Under the pieces are notes generated by a model. It did not search any database and was not told the DNA's origin. It saw only the letters and a list, made by a program, of their open reading frames with translations. Shown here one piece after another: positions 1-12,896 of a DNA stretch of 64,000 nt. A program made the position numbers and the translations under genes. Origin of the DNA: Octopus sinensis (lineage: Eukaryota); contig NC_043002.1 in assembly GCF_006345805.1 (NCBI RefSeq), forward strand, positions 28,830,001 through 28,894,000, read 5' to 3'. Every line of letters starts with the position of its first letter. Positions within the stretch are counted from its first letter, which is position 1.

Positions 1-100
1 GTCTGTCTGCTTATCTACCTACCTACCTACCTACCTACCTACCTACCTACCTACCTATCTACCTACATACCTATTTATCCATCTTTCCATCTATCTATTC

Positions 101-158
<58 letters not shown>
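1..158. repeat. (CTAC)n/(CTAT)n microsatellite
   Basis: Directly visible tandem CTAC then CTAT units up to the LINE junction. Confidence 0.95.
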
Positions 159-3100
159 AAGTGAGACCAGACTCCACGAGCCACGGGCCCTAAAGTCCAT
201 GTTTGGCGGACAGTTTAACATTTATTTCGCTCCCTGTCTGCCGAGGATGGGCGGTAGTGGTACCGCGGTACTTTTTCACAAGAGCCTGGATCTCGAAGTC
301 AAGACGACATTCGTAGACCCGGAGGGTAGACTGATCGTTCTGGATGTTGACGGCAGCAATGGGTGCGCTTTTCGACTCGTATCAGTCTACGCACCGCCCT
401 TAACAGGAGGGGCGGATTTCTTTCGACGTCTAGAAGTATTCTTGGGAACGTCTCGTCCTTTACTCTTAGTGGGGGATTGGAATGCTACCTTGGACACGCA
501 TGTAGACTACGTGGGTAGAGACAAAAACAGAAGGTGATGTAAATGCCTCAGAGACCTGCTCAGACGATTCCAACTGTCTGACAGGTACCGACTCGACCAC
601 CCAAATGCACCAACGTGGACATGGAGCAACCGCAGTGAGTCGTCGAGATCGTATCTAGATAGGATACTGTGTAGGACAGTAGACAAGGATAACTTAGGAT
701 GTCCACAATTCCACACAGTCAGCTACACGGATCACAAATTAGTGACGTGTACGCTAGACTTAGATAAGGCACATAGACAGGGTCCTGGGTACTGGAAACT
801 GAACGCATCATTCCCGTCCAGACAAGTTTTCAGAGACCGGATTAGCACACTAGTAAAGAGGGCTTTGACGGGAGCCATCATCAACAACAAATGGTGGTTT
901 GCCCTCAAGAGAGCAGTAAAAGCAGAAGCGATTAGGTACAGCAAAGCACTAGCCATAGATAGAAATAGAGTAGAGGGTGAGCTAGTTAAGAAGCTAGAAG
1001 AGGCAATTAGAAGCGGCATCGCATCCGACGTTTTGGCGGCGAGGTTGGCCGTCGACCAACACTTCAATGCCAAACACGAAGGATGTGCTGTCAGAGCTAG
1101 GATGCGTGCTCTAAGGAACGAAGGTGTTGGAGCCGCGAGAGAGGCCCGGTCGGCAGAGGCGCAACGGGGCAACAAAGCCACCATTCTGTCACTGGTAGAT
1201 GAACAGGGGCGCGAATTGCTCGAGCCAAGTAAAATGTGTGAGGCCTTTCAGCAGCATTTTGCCCGACTGTTCGGGACGAGTGGAGGGCAAGAACGTAGGG
1301 TGGACTTCAGTGCCTACCTACATAGCCTGCCACGACTCTCGACAAGAAAGGCAGGGTGCTGCGAAGGTGCCATCACGGCGGCGGAAGTGCAGGAAGCGAT
1401 AGCAGAATGCTCGAGGGACAAATCACCGGGTTTGGATGGTCTACCCTACGAGTTTTACAATTGTATGCCAGACTTGTTTGGAGACGTCTTGGCAGCGGTA
1501 TGCTGCAACTGGCAGCAAAACGGGAGCATACCCGGTTTTGTGAGTCAAGGAGCTGTAACTCTGCTGAAGAAAGATCCAAACAAGGGAAACATTATAGATA
1601 ACTTTAGACCAATCACGCTGCTCAATGCAGACCTGAAAATTTTGACAAAGGTGTTAGCCAAGAGGTTGGCGCTTGTCATCGAGAAACTGGTCGACAACGC
1701 ACAAACGTGCGCCGTGCCGGGCCGGAGCATCCATGACAACCTCCATCTGATGCGCTACATCATAGACAGGGTAGTTAACGAACCTGGCATGGGCGGGGCC
1801 CTGATCAACTTGGATCAATCGAAAGCCTTTGATAGGGTAGACCATCGATACTTGGAGGCAGTCCTGAGAGCGGCTGGTTTCGGTCCCGTCTTCCGCGGCT
1901 GGATAGCTGCCTTGTACAGAGGCATCCGTTCGGTAATTCGCGTAAATGGACATCTATCGAGACCTTTCGACATTGCACGTTCGGTCCGTCAGGGATGCCC
2001 CCTCTCGGCGCTTCTATACGTATTGACTCTTGAGCCACTACTGCGGAAGCTGGCGACTCTAAGGGGCATCCCGCGAGAATTGGGATGCGGGACGAGCGTG
2101 TCTGCATACGCGGACGACGTCACCGTCATAGTGTCAAGCCACGAGCACATCGAGCGGGTCGGCGAGACACTGAAAGACTACGAAGCGGTGACAGGAGCAA
2201 AAATCAACCGGGAAAAGTCAGTGGGCTTGCAGCTCGGCACCTGGAGAAGCAAGCCCATGCCGTCCACCAGTACCTCCGTCGTGGGACGCTGGACAGACGG
2301 CCCGGTTGAGTTGCTCGGGGTCTGGTTCGGTCCGGACCTCCAAATGGAGAAGAACTGGAACGAGATAACGAGGAGGGTGGTCACTCTCGCCCAGCAATGG
2401 GCCGAGAGGAAACTATCCCTAAAAGGTCGGGCGGAGGTGGTGAACGCGTACATCGCGTCCATCATCTACTACCGCCTGACCGTCGTACCTTGTCCCGACC
2501 CTACCATCACCAAACTAGAACGCATCCTCTTCCGCTTCTTGTGGAAAGGATGCGTCCCGATGGTCAGGCGATCCATTTGCTGTCAACACCCGTTAAAAGG
2601 AGGGCTGGGCATGCCGTGGTTGATGATGCGCAGACACGCGCTGAGACTGCGACATCTCCGGCTCTATGTAGACGACGGTGAACAGGTGTGGTCGCCGTTT
2701 GTGAGGCACGCATTCCCGCAACTCGTCTCCATGACCGAACTACAGTCGTGGATCAAAAAGAGGCCGAGGAAGGGCGAATGGCACCGCGAGTGTCGCGTTG
2801 CTCTCAAGCAACTCTGCCGTCCCGGGTCGACCTTGAGTGACTTCAACACAACCAAAGCATTCTATAGGGGATTAGTGTAGGGGAGGTACGACGACGAGCT
2901 CGGGGCAAACCTGGGCGTCGACGAGAATACCTGACCCGCCTGTTTCAAACGACTTTCGGCCCGGACCTATGGACAACTTCCAGAGATCCTGGCCTGGCGG
3001 TGCTACCGAGAAGCGCTACCCGTTCGGGATAAGCTCTATAGGCATGGCTCGAGAAACACGGGGCCGACCTGCCCGAGATGCGAGCAGAGCGACGACAACG

Positions 3101-3487
3101 CTCTGCACGCAATCGTGCAGTGTCCAGCAATTTCCGACCTGTGGGCTTATGTCGAACGACTGCTGTCACGTGTGGGACGAGTCGGTTTATCAGCCGAGTC
3201 TATCGTTAATATCGTCACGCCTCCTTCCTTCAAACGGGAAGGAAGAGCTATTTTTATCATACTTGTGGCTATGGCGAAAGAATGTATCTGGTGGACGCGC
3301 CTGAAAGGATTAGAGACAAACACTTTCCTCTCTGGTCAGTCTCATCAACTTCTTCAAGTATCACTTGAAGAAAAAAGTGAGAGTAGAGAGGCAAGTTTTG
3401 TCTAGTGAATGTTTTAAAAAAAGATGGGTGAATGTAGCAAGGATGGCACGTATGAATGACGAAGCCACCTTGACTATGATTCTATGA
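157..3487 (+). pseudogene. Disrupted ORF2 of Tx1-like LINE
   Basis: Frame 1 is continuous from 157 through ORFs 199..537 and 742..2880 with in-frame stops TGA 535-537 and TAG 2878-2880. Single-base frameshifts at about 2925, 2964, 2989 and 3341. Zinc knuckle CPRC-x7-H-x4-C at about 3070-3123. Reconstructed end ...DEATLTMIL* at 3487. Confidence 0.88.
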
Positions 3488-3848
3488 ACCGTAAAAATTA
3501 ATACAGAGAGTTGCTTATTTGCAAAAAAAAAAAAGAAATATAACATGTGACTTTATTGACCGAGGTTACCGTTGTCTTTTCTGTAGGCTTTTCTTTCCAC
3601 GAGTAAACCTCACCTGTCCTCCCCTTTACACTTCATATTGACATTTCTGTGATAACGATCACTATTATTCATTTTTTTTTGCTCCCCCCCCTTTTTTTAA
3701 CCCCTCCCTTTTTTTGTCCTCTTTCTTTCCTTTTACGATCCCTTTTGATCGAAAACCACCACTCCCTTTTTTTTTTACCCCCAAAAGAAAAGCTCTACCT
3801 TGTAATTTGTTCTATCTGTATGCAGCCCTGTGTGGCTAATAAAGAAAC
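157..3848 (+). mobile_element. 5'-truncated Tx1/L1-clade non-LTR retrotransposon (APE endonuclease + RT + C-terminal CCHC)
   Basis: Starts mid-endonuclease (ISETRL). Has GDWN, YLDRIL and YTDH APE motifs and RT motifs KSPGLDG, RPITLLN, DQSKAFDRV, QGCPLS, YADD. Pyrimidine-rich 3' UTR ends in AATAAA (3838-3843), followed by CTAT-like repeat. Confidence 0.92.
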
Positions 3849-3886
3849 ATATCTATCTTTCTATCTATCTGTCTGTCTGTCTGTAT
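3849..3886. repeat. Short CTAT/CTGT microsatellite at the LINE 3' junction
   Basis: atatctatctttctatctatctgtctgtctgtctgt immediately after AATAAAGAAAC. Confidence 0.85.
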
Positions 3887-4124
3887 AGCAGAGAGTTATA
3901 ATCTATCTCCTCCATATACAATGAAAGGTGGTCATCCACAATTGTTCTGAGAGTGCGTTACAGGACATTGAGCTGGTCTCAGTAGTTGTAGAATAATACA
4001 TCTAATGCCACTTGGACCCAGAGCGCATTTCGAGATACAACTCTGACGGGTTATTAGCTATTATTAGTAACTACTCAGAGCAAAAGATGGTTAAAGTAGT
4101 AAAAGGAAGAATTTAGTACAAAGC

Positions 4125-4294
4125 AATAATCCTTCCTTCTATAGGCACTAGACGTGAAATTTTGGGGGAAGGGTCTAGTCGATTAGATCGACTCCAGTAC
4201 GCAACTGGTACTTAATTTATTGACCCAGAAAGGAAGAAAGACAACGTCGACTTCGGCGGAATTTGAACTCAGAGTGAAGAGACAGACGAAATAC
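4125..4294 (-). mobile_element. tRNA-derived SINE, family A (tail type 2), 5'-truncated
   Basis: Reverse complement of core GAGTTCAAATTCCGCCGAAGTCGAC...TTCCTTTCTGGGTCAATAAATTAAGTACCAG shared with other copies in the window. Resembles octopus tRNA-SINEs from memory; subfamily not assignable. Confidence 0.8.
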
Positions 4295-4380
4295 TTATTT
4301 CTTTACTACTCACAAGGGGCTAAACGCAGAGTCGACCTCGGCGGAATTTCAACTCAGAAAGTAACGGCAGATGAAATACC
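4295..4380 (-). mobile_element. Internally deleted family A SINE
   Basis: Tail (cacaaggggctaaacgcagag) is joined directly to head region (tcgacctcggcggaatt...); the middle present in the adjacent copy is missing. Confidence 0.75.
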
Positions 4381-4610
4381 TATTTCTTTATTACCCACAA
4401 GGGGCTAAACACAGAGGGGACAAACAAGGACAGACATAGGTATTAAGTCGATTACATCGACCCCAGTGCGTAACTGGTACTTAATTAATCGACCCCGAAA
4501 GGATGAAAGAAAAGTCGACCTCGGCGGAATTTGAACTCAGAACGTAACGGCAGATGAAATACCGCTAAGCATTTCGCCTGGCGTACTAACCTTTCTGTCA
4601 GCTCTCCACC
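4381..4610 (-). mobile_element. Near full-length family A SINE (tail type 1)
   Basis: Minus strand: A-box-like GAGCTGACAGAAAGGTTAG, B-box GAGTTCAAATTCC, core GTCGACTTTTCTTTCATCCTTTCGGGGTCGA, tail TTTAGCCCCTTGTGGGTAATAAAGAAATAG. Confidence 0.88.
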
Positions 4611-4644
4611 TTTGATACAGATCAATAATAATCAAAACAACAGC

Positions 4645-4716
4645 AAGAAGAAGAAGAAGAAGAAGAAGAAGAAGAAGAAGAAGAAGAAGAAGAAGAAGAA
4701 GAAGAAGAAGAAGAAG

Positions 4717-4746
<30 letters not shown>
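4645..4746. repeat. (GAA)n microsatellite
   Basis: Pure GAA run. Confidence 0.95.
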
Positions 4747-4748
<2 letters not shown>

Positions 4749-4948
4749 TCCTTTCTACTAAAGGTACAAGGCTTGAAATTAGGGGACTAGTCGATTACAT
4801 CGATCCCGGTTATTCACTAGTACTTAATTTATCGAAAGGGTGAAATGCAATGTCAACCTCGGATGAATTTGAACATAGAACGTAGTGACGGGCGAAATAT
4901 CACAAAGCATTTTGTTCAGTGTGCTGACGATTCTGCTAGCTTACCGCC
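4747..4948 (-). mobile_element. Diverged family A SINE (tail type 2)
   Basis: Minus head GGCGGTAAGCTAGCAGAATCGTCAGCAC plus the same core and tail as 4125-4294. Confidence 0.78.
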
Positions 4949-4952
4949 TTCA

Positions 4953-5172
<220 letters not shown>

Positions 5173-5184
5173 GGTTTCAAATAT

Positions 5185-5355
5185 TAGCACCGGGTTTCAA
5201 ATTTTAGTTCGGGAGAGTGAGTAAGTCGATTACATTTACCTCAGTGGTCAACTGGTATTTATTTTACCGATCCCGAAAGGATGGAAGGCAAATTCGACTT
5301 CGGCGGAATCCTTGCCTCAAAATTTTAGGCCTTGTATCTATAACAGAAAGAATGA
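5185..5355 (-). mobile_element. Family A SINE fragment followed by an inverted tail fragment
   Basis: Core gtcgattacat...gatcccgaaaggatggaaggcaaattcgacttcggcggaat, then plus-strand tail aaaattttaggccttgtatctataacagaaag. Confidence 0.65.
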
Positions 5356-6059
5356 TTAAGGGGGTAGATCGGCAGAATGTCGGGAAAATGTCTTTCGATA
5401 TTTCTTCTAGTTATTTACGCACGGAAGAAAAATGCTATTCATATAATGTTTGGCGTTTACCATTCCTCTTCATGTAATGGTAAACTCACAAGCTTAAAGT
5501 ACTCAACTGTAACGCTACTCACCTAATATCTTGTCGTGAGATAAATTTCGAAACTTTTAGTATAAGAGCAATAAAATGGCATTATTATTAGTACCTCAGA
5601 CTTAACGTCTTGCGGTATTTGTCCTGGTTCTATACTCTGAGTTCAAATATTGTGAGAGTACTTTAGTGTCGAAGCTATGTTCAAAAGGAGCAGTCTAAGC
5701 TGCAGTGGGCATGAATTCTGTACGGCAACGTCTCATCTCACGAAATTGTACTGTATTATGAACTAACATTAGGGTGTCTGTCATCAAAGTAGTGGCCCTG
5801 AGGAGGGTTGAAAAAGATGAGTAATTCTAGACGGTGAGTTCTTGCTTGAAACCGGAAGCGTCAAATAATTGGGGAAATGAAGTGCAGCCTTTAGTCACTG
5901 TGAAATTTATCAAGGGAAACTAAAGTTGTGGTTCTTTACCCATTTAGAGCTTGTCTTTCAACTGGTGGTTCTGTGTCGTATCCTGAAATGTGTTGGAACG
6001 GAATATGAAGAAAGATGACATCGTTGTCGAATCGACGGACAGAAATAGTAGCAGCACAA

Positions 6060-6061
6060 GT

Positions 6062-6103
<42 letters not shown>

Positions 6104-6104
6104 G

Positions 6105-6169
<65 letters not shown>

Positions 6170-6490
6170 TCGTCGTCGTCGTCATTGTCGTCGTCGTCGT
6201 CATCGTCGTCATCGCCGTCGTCGTCGCCCTCATCGTCGTGGACATCATCATCATCATTCTCATTAACAACAATAACAACAACAACAACAACAGCAGAAGA
6301 GTTTCATTATGATCATGATGATCCTATTACTGAAGTGACGGCGACGATGATGATGATGATGGTGATGATTATGATAAAGATGATAATGATGATGATGATG
6401 ATGATGGCGACGATAATGACAATGACTGGTTATGACGACGTCGATAACGATGACGAGGAAACGACGAGGATGATGATAATAAGTGAGTAA
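6060..6490. repeat. Compound (CAT)n/(CGT)n/(GAT)n trinucleotide repeats
   Basis: Directly visible. Confidence 0.9.
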
Positions 6491-7027
6491 ATCAATGTGT
6501 TGTTGACAGCATACAGTTTTAATGAAAGACTTTCAGGTCGTTTCTTCAGTAAATAATTGACAATTACGTACCTTTACTTGTTATTTCTGCGTTCCTTTTC
6601 CTTTTTCTTCTTTTCATTGTCTTCTTTCTTTCTTTCTTTTATTCTTTCTTTCCTTCTTGCATTTTTTTCCATTTGCCTTTATTTTTCATTTTTGTTTTCA
6701 CACTATTTCTGTCAGTCCATTGTAGCCCTAAAGTCAGTAATGATGTGTAAAGGTTTTCTGTCTGATCTGGGTCGAACATATTACTGAGACTGGCGTTGGT
6801 TATGACTGAGAGTAAGGGCACATTAGGTTATAGAGGAGAAGGCTAATTTTGTGGAAAGGAATAAAGAAATTTGAATCATAAACAGATCCAGTTGTCTCTG
6901 AGATTTCCTTGTGTATCACTGCTGATGCTTCTAGGTACAATTGGCTGAACAATTCTCAAAACTTCTGCAACGCAACTTGTGTATGCATGCAACTGTATAT
7001 TTACATATGTACGTATAAGTGCGTGTG

Positions 7028-7072
<45 letters not shown>

Positions 7073-7084
7073 ATATATAACGGG

Positions 7085-7420
7085 AAGCTTTATGAAAATA
7101 AACAAAAGACGAAGGCAGGTGGAATACAAACAAACAATTGTATTAGTATGGCGCTCAGGAATATAAATAAAACAAGTCTTTTACGTTGAGCCTACGCTCT
7201 TCACAGAATATATTATATATATATATTCGCCATGATTGATCGCTAGCCACTAACCTTTGTTATTTTCTCTCTCTGCTTATTTCTGTCTTCCTTTCTGTTG
7301 AAGAGCGTAGGCTCGAAACGTAAAAGACTATCTCACTTCCCAAGCGTTAAACTAGTACATCTGTTTGTTGTTTACACACCCGTCTTCGTCTTATTTTGTA
7401 AATTCCAACTATATATATAT
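7085..7420. mobile_element. Back-to-back inverted pair of PLE-LTR-like repeats (family H3) carrying hammerhead-like motifs
   Basis: 7176-7208 is the reverse complement (with small deletions) of 7293-7328. The downstream tails (gtcttcgtct/gccttcgtct..., ttgtttgtt) are related on opposite strands. Confidence 0.6.
7291..7326 (+). ncRNA. Minimal type-I hammerhead-ribozyme-like motif, variant core CUGUUGA
   Basis: CTTT-CTGTTGA-A-GAGC(GTAG)GCTC-GAAA-CG-TA-AAAG. Stem I CTTT/AAAG, stem II GAGC/GCTC, palindromic ACGT stem III. Core A6 is U. Confidence 0.55.
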
Positions 7421-8415
7421 ATAATTTTTTACATATATATATATGTATATATTTGCACACACACACATACACACACATATATATATGCATGTATGTATAT
7501 ATGTATTTTCGTCGATGTATACACACAGGATAACTACACACCACTTTAGTACACGCACCAATTTCATATACTGTTAGTCACTGTGATATATGCTACCAGT
7601 ACGTATTGTTATACACTTCTAAACACACCGCCATTACAAACATTATTACTATAACATGCCATACACACTACTGCACATATACAACAATACCATGTTAGTC
7701 ATACAACTACATACAATCGCATAGAACTGTATACCTCAATAACAATGTTCGTTAGAAGCTAAAATATACTTTACTACTATAGTCTATACCACATGACGGT
7801 GATAGGGCCTTTATATGGTCGTCTGTCCAGCTAGAAATGCCAGCGAAATCTCTAATTATATCACGTACCACCGTTTTCGAAAGAAAGACGTTGCATAATG
7901 TGCTTTGGTGTTTTATTCTTTTTGATTTTGTACATAGCAAAAAAAAAAAAACGGGATGATCACGGCTGGAATACTTTTGATCCCAAGTCTGCTCGCTGAA
8001 GACAGACCTTTTGGCAAACCATAACGGCTAACACTACCAGCACTTTACACACTTTAGCCACGCCCACCACCACCACAACCACCATCACCCCCACCGCCAC
8101 CACTACCACCACCACCACCACCACCACCACTACCACTATCACCAGTACTAGCAATATTACCACCATCAAACTACCACCACCACAACCACAACCGCCACCA
8201 CTACCACCACTTACCACCACTACCACCATCACCACCACCATCACCCCCCCCCAGCATAAACTCTCCACCACCATATAACCCACCACTACCACTGTAATTC
8301 TGAATCAGTAAATCTATTGAAAGAGTAGAAGTTCCCCGTTGAAATTGTTTGATTAGTCATTGGTGAGAATATGTGTAGGCATACATGTGTAAATATATAT
8401 TTATATGCATGTGTA

Positions 8416-8463
<48 letters not shown>

Positions 8464-8811
8464 GTGTGTGTGTGTGTTCGTTTGTGTATATGTATGTGTG
8501 TATAGGTATGTATGTGTATATATGGTGTGTGTGTGTATATGTGTGTATATGTATGCTTGCATACCTACGTATGTGTGCATGTCTGCATGACTGTGTCTAT
8601 ATGTGTGATAATGTGTTCGTGCGTTTGTATATACTATTAGAGAACGAAACACGTAATCAAGGTTAAATACACACACGCGCACACACACATTCAAACACAC
8701 ATGCACAAGCCTTTATATATAAAACACACACATGCATCTATCTATCTATCTATCTATCTATATATCTATCTATCTATCTATATATCTATCTATCTATCTA
8801 TCTATCCATCC

Positions 8812-8851
<40 letters not shown>

Positions 8852-8868
8852 GTCTATCTATCTGTCTG

Positions 8869-8928
<60 letters not shown>

Positions 8929-8975
8929 CACACATGCATACATACGTGTGTGTGTGTGGGGGGGGGGCGTGCGTG

Positions 8976-9008
<33 letters not shown>

Positions 9009-10939
9009 ATACAATAAATTAAACACTCCTCCAAAGAATGCACATACACATGTTCGCAATACATTCTTACACTCACAGAAACACACTCACATACACACAG
9101 TCACAAATACAAGCAATTACACATATATACGTACATACGTAGAAGCATACTCATCCATAAGCGAACACATACATTTGTAATAGAATCGATCATTTGATAT
9201 ACAACGGTTTTCTAACAATGACACCAGTGATGGAAGATAGATATTATGGTACACACATACAAACACCAATAAACACACACGCATACTTACTAACGCACAC
9301 ACAAGGACAAAGAGAGAGAGCGAGAGAGAGAGAGAGAGAGAGAGAGTGAGATAGACACTGATATATTTACATACGTACTTATACACACGCATACATACAC
9401 GTGCACGCGCACATACACACGCATACATTAGATAAACGTATTTGAAGCCACACACACTCACGTGCTCCACCATTCTTATACACCTCTTGCTTTGACTAAT
9501 TCATCCACCCACGAACCATATACTCCACTACCACCTCCATCACATTCGCCAACACCACGACCACCACGACCACGACCACCACTGTCTTTTCCCTCACGTC
9601 CCCCATACCTCTCAAATATCCAATTTCAACAGTAACCAAATAGATTTTCATTAATTCGTCCAGTGATGTCCAGCAGATTCAAACCACACACGGTCAGCAA
9701 CAGTGTCCACACCACTCTGTCGTCTTGGTCATTCAATGTTTCTTCCTTTCCTTCCCTTCCCCTAATCTCTCTCCCTCTCTCTCTCCTCCTCTCCTCTCTC
9801 TCTCCCTCCTCTCTCTCTCTCTGTTTCAGTCATTGTCTCTACTCTCCCTCTCTCCATTCTCTGAATTTCTTGCCTATTCCTCTCTTCGCTGACCGATCGA
9901 ATTACTTAGTCTCCACACAGATCTTGACCAATTGTGGTGAGAAGTTGTTACACGATCAGTGACTGACCACTGGCTAGTGATCGGTGATCAGTGGGGAATG
10001 TGGCGTATATTCCATGAAAGACAAACATGGCCTCCTTCGACAAACAGACAAGTCATTGCATTTGTGAAGGCACTTGTGTTTGGAGTTGTAGAGGTGTCGT
10101 AGCGGAGGCGGTGATAGTTGCAGTGGTGTTGGCGTTGGTTCTAGTGGTGGTGGTTTGTGGTTGGTTGTGGAATCTGAATAGTCCTGGTACGAGTAGTGGT
10201 GGAAGGGAAGTGTGGACGCGGCGATGGTTGTAGTAGTTTTGATAATGGTGTCGGAATACAAAAATGGTACCAGTGGTGGTGGTGGTGGTGTTAGAAGTCT
10301 TGGTGGTGATACTGGTGGTAGTAAAAGAGGTGGTGGTTGTAGTGGCTGTGGCGATGGTATTGATAGTAGAAATGTAATATCGGTAGTAATAGAGGTAGCA
10401 GTGGTAGTGGTGATGGTACAGGTGAATCTGGAAGTAGAAGTGATGGTAGTGTTGATGGTATGTGCTAGTGGTATTATTGGTACCGGTAGTGATGGCAGTG
10501 GAAGTAGTAATTGTTCTGGTGGTAGTGAAAGGGACAATGGTAGTAGATGTTGTGGTACTGGTGTTGGTAGTACAACAAACACTGCCACCACATGATGGTT
10601 GTTGGTAGCGATGGTACTTGTAGAGGCGGTGGTAGTGGCGATGGCTATAATGGTGGTGGTTGTAGAAGTTGTTATGGTAGTGGTTTTGTTGATAGTACTG
10701 GAATTGTTACTGGTGGTATAGGTCCACATATATTCTCACTACCACCGCCACCACCACCACCATTATCATCATCACCAGTGGATGATAGTGATAGTGATGA
10801 TTGTGCTTGTGGTGGTGGGGATGATAGCGGTTTGGGTAGAATATGGTGATGGAGGTGTTAGTATAGGTCGGTGATGGTTAATGTCATCGTTTGTGGTAGA
10901 TGGTGGCATAGGGTGGTGGATTCTGTGGCCATGAGGTGT

Positions 10940-11039
10940 NNNNNNNNNNNNNNNNNNNNNNNNNNNNNNNNNNNNNNNNNNNNNNNNNNNNNNNNNNNNN
11001 NNNNNNNNNNNNNNNNNNNNNNNNNNNNNNNNNNNNNNN
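10940..11039. other. Assembly gap (100 N)
   Basis: 100 consecutive N. Confidence 1.
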
Positions 11040-11329
11040 CCTACACATTCACGGTACTTTCATTTAGGAGTGCATATGTATGAATACGTATCTTGAAATT
11101 TTTCTCATTTATTTTTTTATTGAGCGGCGTCAGAGGCAAACTATCTGAAAAATATGTATCATCCACGTGTCATTGTAATTGTCTTTTTTATAATTTCAGA
11201 ATTTATTTACCGAACCATGGAAGTACGTTTATTACCTGTACATAGATGATCTGATAAGTGCCAATGTACAAAACGCCTGACCCTCGACTATTAATAACGA
11301 ACATGTGTGTGTGCGCGCGTGTATATAAT

Positions 11330-11330
11330 A

Positions 11331-11396
<66 letters not shown>

Positions 11397-11452
11397 TAAT
11401 AATAATGATAATGATAATAATAATAATCATGATGATGATGATGATGATGATA
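11330..11452. repeat. (TAA)n/(TGA)n microsatellite
   Basis: Directly visible; 5' flank of the R4-like fragment. Confidence 0.95.
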
Positions 11453-11453
11453 A

Positions 11454-12011
11454 CACAACGATCAGGTAGCGAAAGTGCTACATTGAAAACTGCGAAAAGT
11501 AGGGGCTACAGAGTGACAAGATGTGGTACGAAAACAAACCGCAGAGAGTGGCGGAGTCAGAGACTAGAAAAATTCTCTGGGATTTTCTAATCCAAACAGA
11601 TCAGGTCAAGAGCACGACTGACCCGACCTAGAGGTGGTGGACAAGGTGCACCACAAATGCTATATAGTTGATGTTGACTCTTTGACTCACGAACAGTAAA
11701 GAAGGGAGGCAGAAAGATAGATAGATACAACCTACTTAAGTACGAAATATCCCGGCTATGGAAAATGAAGGTGAAGATAGAGCCAATTATTGTTAGGTCC
11801 TTTGGAACAATATCAGAAGGCCATCAAAGAAATTGGAGCAGAGTGCACAGTAGAACTGTTACAAAAGTTTTGCCTCCTTGGCACGGCCGGAATAATCAGG
11901 AAAGTATAAGACAGCTGAAAAGAATGGATAGTATTGTACAGTAAGCTCAGGTAGCTAGCTCGCTACGTATGTAAGACTTCAGGAGCCCCCACAAAACCTG
12001 TGACAAACAGA

Positions 12012-12012
<1 letters not shown>
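11454..12012 (+). mobile_element. 3' end of R4/Dong-like non-LTR retrotransposon (restriction-like endonuclease), degenerate
   Basis: Reading across frameshifts gives H(N)DQVAKVLH*KL...WYENKPQRVAESETRKILWDFLIQTD...PDLEVVDK..KCYIVDV...KIDRYNLLKYEISRLWKM..EPIIVRSFG...LLQKFCLLGTAGIIRKV. Followed by a short UTR and (TAA)n. Confidence 0.85.
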
Positions 12013-12069
<57 letters not shown>

Positions 12070-12098
12070 TAATAATATAAAATAACAATAATAATAAT
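12013..12098. repeat. (TAA)n microsatellite
   Basis: Directly visible; 3' flank of the R4-like fragment. Confidence 0.95.
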
Positions 12099-12104
12099 CG
12101 TTTC

Positions 12105-12235
12105 TGCTGGGGGAAGAGATTAAGTCGATTACATCGACTCCAGTACGCAACTGGTACTTAATTTATCGACCTCTCAAGGATAAAAGGCAAAGTCGACCTC
12201 GGCGAAATTTCACCTCAGAATATAAGGACGGACGA
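12105..12235 (-). mobile_element. Family A SINE fragment
   Basis: gtcgattacatcgactccagtacgcaactggtacttaatttatcgac...ggcaaagtcgacctcggcgaaattt matches family A. Confidence 0.8.
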
Positions 12236-12600
12236 TATGTGCATCTCTGATCACGAGCAGAAGTAGTAGGGGAGTATCATAGCCATGTGCTGAGAGGAAT
12301 TCCTTGGGGTTTGAATAATTCACTTCGAGAAACATGGGTATTTCGTTCAATATCCTCAAACAACCCTTCTCCAGTGACAATTTGAGCGGGATAGGCTAGT
12401 CAAACTGAAGAAAATTCTGACTAGGCCCCACCTGCAGTCATGCACTGTTTATTTTCATATAAGATCACCATGTCGCTCACATATGGTTGTGATGCATGTG
12501 CCTGGTATACTCTTATAAGACGGGTAGTTATGAGGGGTATCCTGGGCTTCGTATATTTTATCTCAGTGTCACTTTGATGGCAATTGTTGCTCTCTCACTC
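12236..12600 (+). mobile_element. Non-coding repeat family B ending in (TAA)n
   Basis: Collinear with 48290-48665 (tatgtgca.ctctgatca.gagcagaagtag ... cagtgtcactttgatggcaa ... gctctctc.ctca + TAA run). Confidence 0.75.
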
Positions 12601-12709
12601 AATAATATTAATAATAATAACAATAATAACAATAATAATAATAGTAACAATAATAATAATAATAATAATAATAATATTAATAACAATAACAATAACAATA
12701 ATAATAATA

Positions 12710-12780
<71 letters not shown>

Positions 12781-12809
12781 GGTGGTGGTGATGGTGGTGG
12801 TGGTGATGG

Positions 12810-12895
<86 letters not shown>
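12600..12895. repeat. Compound (TAA)n/(TGA)n/(TGG)n microsatellite
   Basis: Directly visible. Confidence 0.95.

Positions 12896-12896
<1 letters not shown>

Noticed and set aside
7990-8030. CTGAAGA...CAAA motif resembling a hammerhead
   Set aside because: GAAA core is absent and there is no stem I/III pairing.
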